The notes under the pieces were generated by a model, which worked only from the letters and a program-made list of their open reading frames with translations, was not told the DNA's origin and did no database searches. A DNA stretch of 64,000 nt from Tubiluchus corallicola (lineage: Eukaryota > Animalia > Priapulida), in contig JAQGDQ010000021.1 of the NCBI GenBank assembly GCA_030141605.1, positions 1 through 64,000 on the forward strand. The letters are read 5' to 3'. Made by a program: the position numbers and the translations under genes. Below, one piece after another: positions 27,701 to 38,400 of the stretch. Every line of letters begins with the position of its first letter. The stretch's first letter is position 1.

Positions 27701-27805
27701 AAGAATAAAGATAGATAGGTTATTTTTAAAAACTTATTTAGCATAACTATAAGTATCATCACCTGGTTTACTCAGACATTTTTTAGTCTTTCCCTGCGGC
27801 GCCAT
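4125..27805 (-). CDS. PARP2: PARP2-like poly(ADP-ribose) polymerase (WWE-WWE-basic linker-WGR-regulatory-catalytic), 20 coding exons, about 770 aa
   Basis: Exons in transcript order: 27763-27805, 21841-21995, 21340-21460, 19587-19790, 18928-19062, 17607-17675, 17380-17460, 16113-16228, 15457-15629, 14578-14671, 12394-12486, 10827-10911, 9793-9934, 9377-9440, 8802-8936, 8128-8252, 6466-6565, 5524-5622, 4655-4779, 4125-4278. All are GT-AG and phase compatible (2313 nt). WGR motif WFRWGRVG; catalytic H-Y-E triad in [16 protein letters not shown] and YNEFIVY. Exon 1 is the least certain assignment. Confidence 0.9.
13463..13515 (-). ncRNA. Minimal type I hammerhead ribozyme motif (U3-A8 core variant)
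   Basis: Minus strand reads AUUUAU-AGU UUGAUAA U GACU-UUAUU-AGCC GAAA C-GAUC-G UC GCU-CA-AUAAAU. It has helix I pairing, helix II with one mismatch, a palindromic helix III loop and a GUC cleavage triplet. Confidence 0.55.
13463..13961. mobile_element. Penelope-like element relic with inverted pseudo-LTR ends carrying hammerhead motifs
   Basis: Imperfect inverted repeat of about 75 bp (13463-13538 vs 13883-13961). Each arm has a degenerate minimal hammerhead core followed by an AATAAA-like sequence. Confidence 0.6.
20431..20563. mobile_element. Small TIR element with internal CCCTAA-like repeats (copy 1)
   Basis: Ends GTTTAAAATTCTCCCACA / TGTGGGGAATTGTAAAC. The terminus matches 28332-28358 in reverse complement. 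Confidence 0.6.
21662..21788. repeat. Compound (AAT)n(GAT)n(AAT)n microsatellite
   Basis: Directly visible trinucleotide runs in the intron that splits the first WWE domain. Confidence 0.97.
22175..22535. mobile_element. Tc1/mariner (pogo/Tigger-like) MITE
   Basis: TIRs CAGTGTTCCCTC(A/G)CT at both ends. TA on the left flank, degenerate TC on the right. Confidence 0.75.
24335..25400. repeat. CAC/CACAC-rich complex minisatellite in PARP2 intron 1
   Basis: About 1.05 kb of C/A-rich degenerate units, e.g. CACCACACCACCCACACCATAATACTCCACCACATCACACCGCA, with longer-period duplications. Confidence 0.95.
25530..26346 (-). mobile_element. Non-autonomous Helitron-like element
   Basis: Minus strand starts A|TCTCTTATATTAAT followed by a (TA)n tract. 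It ends with a GCAAAA-TC-TTTTGC hairpin, then GGGGCCTTTG and CTAT (degenerate CTAG). Homologous to 51327-51808. Confidence 0.65.
26357..27762. repeat. Left arm of a 1406-bp near-perfect inverted repeat
   Basis: Reverse complement of 28679-30084. The identical 64-aa ORF appears on opposite strands (26376-26570 and 29871-30065). One mismatch noticed, at 27475. Confidence 0.95.
27763..27805 (-). CDS. PARP2: Predicted first coding exon of the PARP2-like gene ([14 protein letters not shown]-), inside the inverted-repeat spacer
   Basis: Start context GAAAAATGGCG, 43-nt exon ending CCAG|GTGATG in phase 1, which matches the phase-1 acceptor at 21995. Local CpG-richer sequence upstream. Confidence 0.72.
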
Positions 27806-28030
27806 TTTTCCACAGTAGTTTTTTTGGTGATAAAACTAAGTCATACAATTTTCATTACTGGGGAAATTATAAAAATGAAATCCCGCGAAAACAAGCTAAT
27901 AGCATACTATAATAAACTAGTCTTCGATTCAAGAGCTCCGAAAAAGTCGCTTCGGTTTTGTTTTCAATTGTTCACGATCGCAAAAAAATAATCACGACTG
28001 GATTTCGTTATAATTGTCGTCCAGGGCTGA
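27806..28030. promoter_or_regulatory. Putative PARP2 proximal (possibly bidirectional) promoter with an E2F-like site
   Basis: TCCCGCGAAAA at 27881-27891 (TTTTCGCGGGA on minus, E2F-like). A YY1-like AAAATGGCG overlaps the start codon. CpG density is higher than in the flanking introns. Confidence 0.4.
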
Positions 28031-28331
28031 ACTTTATTATGTTCGAAGTTTCCAATTCAAACAGTGAACAAGTAAGTAAACCAAAACAACAGTCAAATAA
28101 CAAAGCTTTTAGGAGAAATACAGCTGGAACTGAAATGTGCAAAAGTGGAAACTGGAAGTCGATAAAAAGCTTTAAAAACCCAACGCAAAAGTAAGAAATC
28201 TGTGAAGTCAAACGCTTTAGCGCTGACTTTAACTTATTAATTTTTGTGATGAAAGTGACGTGAAAAAAAAACAGATAAACGAGTTAATACAGAAAATACA
28301 TCCTTTACTGTTATAATAAAAATTTAACCTA

Positions 28332-28492
28332 AAGTTTACAATTCCCCACACACAACAAATTGGTTCATGAAGTAGATTAGGGTTATATGATTAGGATCAG
28401 CATTAGGGTTGGGGTTAGGGTTAGGGCTGGGTTAGGGTTAGAGAAAGGGTTAGGATTAAGGTTTGGATACTTAAACTGTGTGGGGAATTTTC
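28332..28492. mobile_element. Small TIR element with internal TTAGGG-like repeats (copy 2)
   Basis: Inverted ends AATTCCCCACAC / GTGTGGGGAATT around GGTTAGGGTTAGGG-type repeats. Inverted homolog at 20431-20563. Confidence 0.65.
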
Positions 28493-28678
28493 CAAAATTT
28501 ATTACACAAGACATCTTGTACAAACATGTACAATCCTCTACATCCTGTACAAAAAGACATGTTGTACAAACATTATAAACATACTGTGCAGCTCACATTT
28601 TATCTGAAGAAGTTTTTCCCCTATTTATTATTAGAATTTAGCATGTTTCCTAAAAGTTACTTGCTGGAGCACATCTAA

Positions 28679-30084
28679 GTGATGATACTTATAGTTATGC
28701 TAAATAAGTTTTTAAAAATAACCTATCTATCTTTATTCTTTTAATGGGAAGCACTGCCCTGTACAGTTTAATGTCGCATAAGCGCAAATTCAACCTAGTT
28801 TACACATGAAGTTGATCTAGTGGAATCACAGCTATCAGGAAATAATTGTTTGTGACAAGAATAAGTGCAATTAATAAAAAATTCCATGGTATAGTGCCTT
28901 GATTAGTGGGTTGCTGCTAATGTACTGTCTAATTCGTTGAAATATTTATTGATGTAATGAATAACAAAGACTATGTAAGGCAAGAGACATTTATTTCTGC
29001 TAATGAAACACGTAAATTAACTTGACAACCTCATAGAATAGCTTCATAACTCTCACAACAATCTCGTAAACACGTATTCTAGCATCTGCCAGCACGCCGT
29101 CCATTGTTCACTAAAATGCAAAAACTGGACAACAGAACAATGCCTGACTATCATTAATAGAGGGCAGTGCCATCCAATAAAGGTAAATTCAGTCAGGCAA
29201 TTACGTGGCTCCCCTAAATTGACCAGACTGTATGGGCTATTTACATCAGCCTGTGACTAACGTACAACCAGTGATTGCCATAACTACAAAATTTGTCAGA
29301 ACAAAGTTCAAACTGGTTAAATTTAACTCCTAATTGTAAAGAGGCAACATAGCTGCATAGTAGAACATGTGTTTTGTCTCAAACAACATTAAACCAACAG
29401 GCAATCAAAACTCTGTATCCATTAAGATAAATACAACTTGTATGAACGTAAGCATGGGCACAAGGCAAAGCGCAGATTTACTAAACTAGTAAATTCAACA
29501 CAAACTGGAAAATGTCTGACTACATTACAAATTACTCAGAACTCAATGCTACTATGACACTAAGATTTATATTGTTGCTAAAGTTGCTAAACAGTGCAAT
29601 GTGAAGTAAACTATAATCGTGACGAATTACATCTTCGGTGGGAACATATCAAGCAAAACCTGCGAGGCTAGTAATGCTCATCGTTCATTATATTATTCAA
29701 TAATCATATAATATAATATGAAATTATCTAATAATTGCTAGCTAACCATATCAGTGTTTGCGGAAATGTTACACACGTGATTAAATTTACTATAAGCAAT
29801 GACAAATCAATAATTTATGTTCATAGACTTACTAATGTTCATATGACACAATCACAAACAGAGATTAAACTTGTTCGCAAATGAATTTCTGTTCACACCA
29901 ATCCAGCAGTTACTGTATGCTTGTAATTTAATTGTGGAAATTGAGTACACAAATTCGAACAACAACATTTGGTATTCCAAGCATTACCATGGTCCAGATA
30001 GACTTAGTTTATTGCAGGCTCACGAATACAAATGGGTGATCAAATTTCTTTACAACTTAAACTAAATTCACATTATATTCGGGT
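28679..30084. repeat. Right arm of a 1406-bp near-perfect inverted repeat
   Basis: Begins GTGATGATACTT and ends CATTATATTCGGGT. Reverse complement of 26357-27762. Confidence 0.95.
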
Positions 30085-30870
30085 AGGGTGGTGGATGAAG
30101 AGACAGGAATTTATGCCTTGAACTTAACGGAAAGTCAACCTGAATTAATAGTAGACCCGATCAGTGCAGAGATAAGAAGTATGTCAAAGAAGCCTCGTAC
30201 ATCGAGAACAACATTTGCTCGTCTTGAAATAAGACCATGGGTATCATACCAGTTATAATCACAATTATTAATGTTTACAAGTTTCCACATCATTTTACAT
30301 TACAGATGCGGTAGTGGCAGTAACCACTTAAATACATACAAAGATGTAACCATACTTGACACAAATAGCAACAGTACATTTAATTGCCAATTTGCCACTC
30401 CAAGCTACATGATAAAACCTGTTACACTATTAATTGCTTATCTATATTTTGCAGAGAAAATGCACAAATTTTATTTGTTTTAAAACAAAACCATTATTCA
30501 AATTTCAATGCCTATCAGGTGAGCAATGCCTGTTTGCCATCTACGAGCATCAATTTATGTTGACGAATTGTGGCGAGTACAAATATTTGTTTTAACAGCC
30601 AGTATGAATATCTGTTTTGACAGTACAGCATACTGAGTATATAATAAATCTGTTTACTTGAGCAGTTTTCAAAACAAAACGAACATACGCAGAATTTGCA
30701 TTAATCTGGATGCATTTTCTTGTATCAAATTCTAAAGTCCCAGGAATTAGTTCAAGATAACTAAATGCATTGTTAATGCAACAATATTTAACAGCAAAAA
30801 AAATACAACAAATAACTAATAAAAATACACTGCAATAGTAGCTATCACCAAGCAAAGAATGTCAAAGAAA

Positions 30871-33255
30871 TTACATACTTGTGAGATATTTCTTGATGAG
30901 ATGTGGGAGAGTAACTATTAATAAAATTCTTGGCATTAAGAATTTATTGATACTGTTTACTGATGGTTTGGAAAAACACGTGTTTTGCACACAATTGCTT
31001 GCAAATCTAGCAATTACTGTACCAAGGGTACCAGAGAAAGCTGAAATGGTGCAAGATCTTAGCATTTTATGATGCATGCAATAATAATATGATTACCTGA
31101 TGAACTGGCAGCATTCTGTGACTCCTGTAAACTAAAGAATGCATCGTCGAATCTCTGCAAGTGATAGAGTGCCATTCCCTGACGAAATAATGCCTTCGCA
31201 TTGCCCTCTGACATATCAGCTGCCATGGTGCTGTATTCTAAAACCTTCTCATAATTAACAGGAGGTGTATTTAGCAAACAAGCTGCAAAAAATTAAAAGA
31301 ATCTGCAATACTAGTAGTCAGGGCACAACTCATTTCAAGCTACTCTAAATCACACTCTTACGATCACCAACATCAGGACCACATCACATCTCTGTTATAT
31401 CATCACAGTCACAAACAATCTTTTATAATAATTCAACAGACTGCAAGCCGCAATATAGCGCATGATTTAATGGCGGGTCCTACATAAATTACATAATTAG
31501 GGCGAGTCTGGGACCTAACTCAAGGTTATGATTCTAGCTAAAATGAGCCACTGAATCAGTAGAGGCGCTTTAGTAATGCTTGGATGTGTAAGAAAACATC
31601 AGGCCCTTTACGGGGGAGGGGTGCCCTGTACAGTTAAGCCAGCATGGTAATTCATCCATTCAGTAAAGCTGCAGTGCCATTCCCATTTATGACCAGCCTC
31701 AGCACCATCCATAACTTCATCTGCTATGCACATGACCACTGGGCTGTGAACCTCACCCAAATTATAAATTTATTTCTCATAAGATCTGTATTCATCATTG
31801 CCATTGTTCATGATTCTTGTTAACATTACCATGGACAACATTAACGACAATAGCGATGACGATAAATTTGTCATGTCATCACAAGAAGTAAAATGACACA
31901 GTTACAAAGCACTGCAAAAACATACCAAGAGGCTGAATATGGATATCAATATCATACCTTGACAAAGGAAACTCAAAGCTGTCTTTAGAAAGAAAGGAAT
32001 AGGTCTGTGAAGTGATCAGTATTTCTGAGTGATGGACACAGACACAGGCAGGAAAATACTTAGTATTGCACAAAAAACTTAATTCAAAATTTCTCTTATT
32101 GGCACAAACAAAAATCCACTCAGTGAAACACGAGACATACCAGCCAGGTTATTATAACAATCCGCAGTCAATGCTGTAACTTTTGACGAGTTATCGCTCG
32201 AAGACTGATATTCAAAGGAATGAAATTCGGGTGACATTTCGGCTAGTGGATGCTTTATCGTTAATGCCTTTAAATAAAGAAGCGCTCGATGGTACTTGCG
32301 AATAGCACCTAAAAAGATGTCATGAATATGCATAGCTGTTCACTGTACGTATAAAATTTTAATCATTGTTTGCAATGCTTGTAATTAAATGCTTGATAAT
32401 AAATGCTTGTAATGCAATAAAATACCATACCATTCTATGTTTGCTGCACTGACCAAAAGTTGTAGATGAAATGTAGTTGAGTACAGCTAACAAAGCCATG
32501 AATATAGTAGCGGGATTTACTACAAAATTATCAATCGAAATACAAACTTTGATTACGTGATAGCTGCTGATAAGAAGAAACTTGAAGTGGCAAAAAATAG
32601 TGCACTTTACTACAAACAGCATTTCTTTTAACTGGAAATGCAAAGATGGACAGTTAGATATGACCACAGAGTATTCAATAGGCATTGCATTTCATGAAAC
32701 CACCTTTAAAAAGAGGACACTGTTATAATGTTGAGTTATCAATTAACATCTATGCCTGTTACAACACTTTGGTTTGGTGTTCTTTTAGGCAGTGCACCTT
32801 AACTTGTAATTGGAATGGCGCTGCTCTTTAAATTGGAATAAAGTCATAATTTCATTCTTTACTTTATTATTTATGGTTACAACAGACACCATGCAAAGAA
32901 CAAACTTACCTTTGTAATTTTTCTCTTTATAAAACTGATTGCCTTCAATCTTATATGATTCTGCAATAGACAACTTAGTATCAGCGTCCAAGGATGTCGA
33001 CGGCCCAGATGTTGCATTTTCATCTCCCGATGTTGAAGGCCTGACTTCAGCTGTCACATCTAGGGAAGTAGCACCAATCAACTCTGTACCTTGTGATAAT
33101 GCAGCTGCACAAGCATCTTTGTGTTCATTATCACAAGAACTAGAAGTATTAACAAGCTTATCAGTTTTAGTCACATTTAAATCAGCAGTCGGTGTACCAT
33201 TTGTAGACAGCAATTCTTGAGATTTCAAAGTGTCAGTGCTCTGCTCTGTACTCAT
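30871..33255 (-). CDS. TTC9C: Tetratricopeptide repeat protein 9C-like (TTC9 family), about 247 aa
   Basis: Exons 32910-33255, 32141-32308, 31097-31282 and probably 30871-30914. Motifs AESYKIEGNQFYKEKNYKGAIRKYHRALLYLK, ADCYNNLAACLL...VNYEKV and NAKALFRQGMALYHL. The last exon (VTLPHLIKKYLTSM*) is uncertain. Acceptor at 33283 implies an upstream non-coding exon, with a candidate donor near 38760. Confidence 0.82.
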
Positions 33256-33639
33256 TTCAGTAGAATTAATGGACTAAACCAGCCTGAAAAAACAAAGTAT
33301 CAAGTGAAACAGTAGATATTAGTCAAGCAATACTATCAGAAAAAAGTCAAAATACATCAGTGCATTGTGTCATGTTTTACTACGATATCGCATAAGCGCA
33401 TCTGTGTCGCAATAGTATGAACACCGAAATATAGCACGAGTCTGACCAGATAAAAAATATGAAATAATTCAAGTGGCAAATGTAGAATGTATTGTAGTTA
33501 CTTAACAATCAGTGCAGTGATAGCAGCAATAGCAGAACTGACACGGGCAGAAATGCTGCTAGCAACCAAAGCAATTAAAAGCACAACACTTTTATAATAA
33601 TCTACAGGCAGTCACTGCTCAACACTTGGGCTGAGTATT

Positions 33640-34990
33640 GAATGGTGCTATTTGCATAAAAAGTCTCACGCACTAGTTAAACCATTACTGCTATTTTACA
33701 AGAAATCATTTGAAAATGGTGTTGACCCACTACCCAATGACTGGAAGCTGTCAAGAATTAGTCCAATCCTGAAGAAAGGAGCAAGAAGTTGCAGTTCACC
33801 TGCAAATCGTAGTCCATTGCTATCACTAGTCTTACCTGCAAAGTTCTTGAGAAACTGATAATTAACGAAATTATGCAATACTTCGAAGCTCGGAGGCTAA
33901 TTGGTGCATTACGGCATGATTACTTAAAGAACAGATTTGTCACAAATAACCTACTTGTACTTTTTAAATTTGTCTTCTCAAAGTTTGACCAAAGAATGCC
34001 TGCCGGTTGAATATACAGTAGTCGCCGCTTAATAAACTCACTTTGGGACTGACGTGTTTTGACCCAATTAACCGACTGAACCTATTAATCGATGGGTGTC
34101 GTATTACAGGTATAGAAGTATGAGTCATCAGTTTACTATGCACTGCAAAGGTTTTTAATGAATTTTAGAAACGAAGAAATGCCTAAATTCCTTTGTGCAG
34201 TTAAAAATTAGAAAAAACATTAAAATATTAATTTATATAAGTAAATTAGCAATAAATTAAAAGGTATACTTTTCTACATGACAGATTTTTTTAAGTCTGT
34301 TTATTCGCAAAAACTGCAAAAATTCCTTCAAAGTCGGCCGCTTCATTTTTTCGCAAAGAAGTTGGCAGACAATGAAAATCTGTTGTTATGCGTGATTAAA
34401 ACAGTTCTGAATCTGAATAGCTTCCAGAAATTCTTTGGGTAATGAGGTTAATTGCAGCGGGCGAGCGGGTAACGGATTCAAAGCAAAACCGCTACGCTAG
34501 CATATTAGCACATGATAAACGTACCATAAAATGACATAAAAGTAGGAAAGGCTGTTTGAGCACATACAAATGTCTTACTTTAAGGAAAGAAGGAAAAATA
34601 TTGAGTCATATTGAGAAGGAATACGTGAAGGAAAAATATTGAGTCATTTAAGCGAAGTTATTTGAGTCAATTACCGATAGTTTTTATGTATATTTGAATA
34701 GAAGAGGTCCGTTCCAGGCATTTTTGAGTCAATTAAGCGATTGAGTCGATTAACCGTGAGTCTATTAAGCGGCAACTACTGTACTCAGACTTAGCCAAAG
34801 CTTTCCATAAGGTCGATATTGATCACTAAAGTTCGACCTTATGGCATAGCAAGAAGTTACTTGACTGGAATGGCAACTGGCTAATGGATCATATAGAGCA
34901 GGTGCAGATAAATTCAGGATGAGGCATAAGCTACATCTCCTGAGGTTCCACAAGGAACATTCCTCTGCTGCTTCCATTGTGTAGCCACTA
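33640..34990 (+). mobile_element. Degenerate CR1/L2-like LINE reverse-transcriptase fragment, interrupted by a MITE
   Basis: LPNDWKLSRISPILKKG...PAN before the MITE and SDLAKAFHKV (DFAKAFDKV-like) after it. Many stops and frameshifts. Boundaries approximate. Confidence 0.7.
34016..34781. mobile_element. Tc1/mariner-type MITE nested in a LINE fragment
   Basis: 26-bp TIRs CAGTAGTYGCCGCTTAATARACTCAC with TA duplication on both sides. Confidence 0.85.
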
Positions 34991-36559
34991 TTGTATTATG
35001 ACTTTTCCACGCGAGCCGCCATAAATAGGATCAGAATCAATAACACATGCTAAAAGGCATTCATAGTTGTAAACTCACTAATTGCAAGAAAAAATTATTA
35101 TCTATAATTAGCTGGAATTAAGTGATTTTTTTGTAGAAATGCATAAGTAAAACATTAGATTTTCATGCCCAAATTGCAAGAAAAATGTATTTACTTAAAT
35201 TTACTGTATAACAGCCTTGGGCAAAGCATAGTGCAAACTGCATTTACGATCTTCACTAGCCTCAGCTCACCTATAGAACTCAGACTGCATTCACTGCAGG
35301 CTAGAGTATGTACAAATCATAGAAGCTAGGCAGCCAATATAGGAAGCAGTTTCAAGGGTGGAAAAGAAGTCAGTGTATAAAAGGAATATAACAAATCTGG
35401 TTTGGTATAATTAGAATGTTTCTAAACCCTAATACTGTTATAATTCAAAATTTCAAACTAATAGTGGGGCATGCCTTCAATATTTAAAACATCAGCTCTT
35501 CTGAAGTAGCAGTAACCAATTTCTCTAATTTACAATCTTTTTTTAGTAAATAAATATAGTTTATTCAAAATTACTCAATAATAATAATAATAAATTTATT
35601 TGGAAATGCTAATACAATATCTAGAAACACTGAGAAAAATAGACATTAATAATATTTAATTTTGATCTTACAGCATGCATATAATACATGGCAATAACCA
35701 GAAGCAAAACTTATTAGGTGCTTGCACCATTATAAACACGTCCAAATAATAATTGAAAAAAGAACAAAAAATGAGGGTTTTAGGCAATTTAAAAAAAAGT
35801 TGTGCAAAGCAAACATAGAAGTGATCGATAAAAGAATGTTCAAAAGGATAGGAAGAGTGGCTTGAATAGGAAAAGTGGCTCAAATCCTAGGAATAACAAT
35901 CATGTTGTAAAGTGTAGAGTCCGTAGACTGGTTATTTATGCACTATACTTGCTTATTACTATTCACAATAAAAGCCCAATATGATTAATTTGATTCTCTA
36001 CCAATTTCTAAAAGATAAATCAATTCGATAAGAGTGCAGAAAGCCACGGATCATTATATGAAAAGAGTTTCCCCACTTACATTTTAATTACAACCAGTCC
36101 CGATTAGAGCACCATTATACAATCAAGCCTCAAGGCCATTCAGCTTAGTTGTGGCTTTGTGTTTTTTACCACTAGCACAGCACAATGATGCCCACACTGA
36201 GCGTGCAGTACAGAAACAGAGTGCTGCCGCAGGATGTTCTAATCATTACGCGTGGAAATGCTGCCACTAATTTTCCCCTCACACTGCCGAAAGAAAAAAG
36301 GGGGGTTTAAGGGATATATCTATGAGCACATTCAACAATGATCTTTTGCATATTGCAGATAAGAAGACTAATTCAGACTACTAACCAATAATACACTGAA
36401 CTTCCATGGTCACATTACATGCAAAAAAGAAAACCAGATGGGCCTGATAGCCAAAGCCACTACATCTTCAATCTAAAAGTTATACAGTATTTTACTAATT
36501 TACTAGATATAGGTGTGATCACATCTGGAATCCAGCTCAAACAAGACATGGAATCCTCA

Positions 36560-38400
36560 CTTTAGTAAAGGTGCTTATATGTTTCTAGCAATGCAGAGAA
36601 GGCAGAAATAAACTCTTTCCACAGTGTGTTCACGCAAGGAGATACAGAACATATTCCTCTACCACCCCTCTATGATATGCAAGAAAGCTTACAAAACACA
36701 TATTTCCCAGTTGGGGACATCGTTAAATTATTGCAAAAGCTGAAGCCAGGCAAATTAGCAGGGAGAGATGGATTACACGAGTATTAAAAGAGCTCTCAGG
36801 TGTATTAGCTGCGCCTTACGTCAATAATCTCTTTTGTATGTCCTTAACCCTTCAGCAAGTACCAGATAATTGAAAACTAGCTTACACCTCGACAACTTTT
36901 AAGAAAGGTAGTAAGCTTGCGCCTAGCAACTATCGCTTACTAGCTTAACATATGTTGCATGCAAACTACTAGAATCCATTATTCGTGATGCTATAGTTGC
37001 CACTTAACAGAACGCAACCTAATATCTGATGATTAGCATGGCTTTGTAACCACTTGCAAAATACACCTTTTAGATGTCCTAGAGATGGGGATGTGTGTAC
37101 TCAATGATGCTGGTTCGGTAGATGACATTTACACAGATTTCATTTGACAAAGTACCTCATCAGCGACTCCTACAAAAGCTTAGGGCAGTAGAAGTAAGTG
37201 GATGTATTCATGGTTGTATCGCTTTTTTTTGGATGGACACAAGCAATCAGTTGGTGTCAATGGCATTAAATTCAGTTGGGCTAGCGTGTCGTCCGAAATT
37301 CCGCAAAGACAGTGCAGTTTTTAATCTTCTACTTACCAAGTGTTGTGTCTTGGCTTACAAAACTGTTCGCCGATGACACTAAAATTTATGCCAGAAGTGA
37401 CATTCAAGGAGCAACAGCTAGCTTACAAGGTGATCTGGATAGTCTACATCGATGGAATACAGATGGGCAGCTTGAATTTCATCCTGCTAAATGTTCAGTA
37501 CTAAAGCTGGGGCATAATAAATCAGAAGTAACTTATCATATGATTAGTAAAAACCCTAACAGAGTGATTGATTGTGACTATGTGAGTGATTGTAGCATAT
37601 CAAATGAAACAACCTCTCCTTTACACAGCACACTGGTCAAATTGTTTGAAAAGCTAATAGGGTATTGACAATTATGCAATGTTCTTATGTTTATCTTGAT
37701 AAGGACACTATGCTTATATTGTTTTGTGGACTTATCCATCTAATCGCGGAATATGGCAACAGCATTTGGTCTCCGCATTGTTGCTATTTTTGAAACATTG
37801 AATATTTATAAGGCTATGTAGTACTTTTTCTTCCCAGACATGTGATTTCACTGATTCAGCTTAAAGCAACATTTTATTATTTTTCTCTTCTCTTTTTTAT
37901 TTTTATTGATTTATTTTATTTGTGCTTCCAAGTTGGGTAATGCGCAAAATTGCTTACATTATGCGTTGGACCAACATAGACAATTTGTTATCCCACTATT
38001 TTTCATCGGTCAATAAACTACTGCTACTACTAGTACTACTACTGAGCTTGAAAAAGCAAATTGAGGCAACGAAGAGCAACCAAACTGACACCTGTTTTTT
38101 TCAGAATCTTTCTAACCCTGAACGTTTGCAACTGCGTTCTCTGCCATCATTAGAATTTTGCCACTTGCGGGGTAATTTGATTGATGCGTTTAAGTATGTT
38201 CATGATTTTTATAAAGTTAGTAGACATTGTTATAAAATTTATCAGTAGCAAGCTCGCTCAGATGCTAGTAAATTCTTCTGTTCAAAGAGAGTTGTAGACA
38301 TGTGGAACTCTTTACCAAGTCATGTTGTGGAAGCTGTCTGTGAATGCTTTCAAAAATAGACTTGACAAATATTTCAATAACCATCCTCTGCTGTACTGTC
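36560..38400 (+). mobile_element. Degenerate CR1/L2-like LINE ORF2 (RT) remnant
   Basis: Broken frames with FKKGSKLAPSNYR, HGFV, FDKVPHQRLLQKL, KLFADDTKIY, LQGDLDSL...FHPAKCSVL and ERLQLRSLPSLE...RGNLI. Boundaries approximate. Confidence 0.85.

Noticed and set aside
28376-28460. True telomere or chromosome-fusion site
   Set aside because: The repeats are short, degenerate and enclosed in a small TIR element that has a second copy at 20431-20563.
29871-30065. Identical 64-aa ORF present twice (also 26376-26570) as a duplicated gene
   Set aside because: It starts at TTG, has no recognisable motif, and its identity simply reflects the inverted repeat.
26357-30084. Inverted repeat as the TIRs of a single foldback, Polinton or Mutator transposon
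   Set aside because: No target-site duplication is visible at the outer ends, there are no internal subrepeats, and the spacer holds a host exon rather than transposon genes. Not fully excluded without a genome-wide search.
32939-33220. 93-aa plus-strand ORF
   Set aside because: Antisense shadow of the TTC9C first coding exon.
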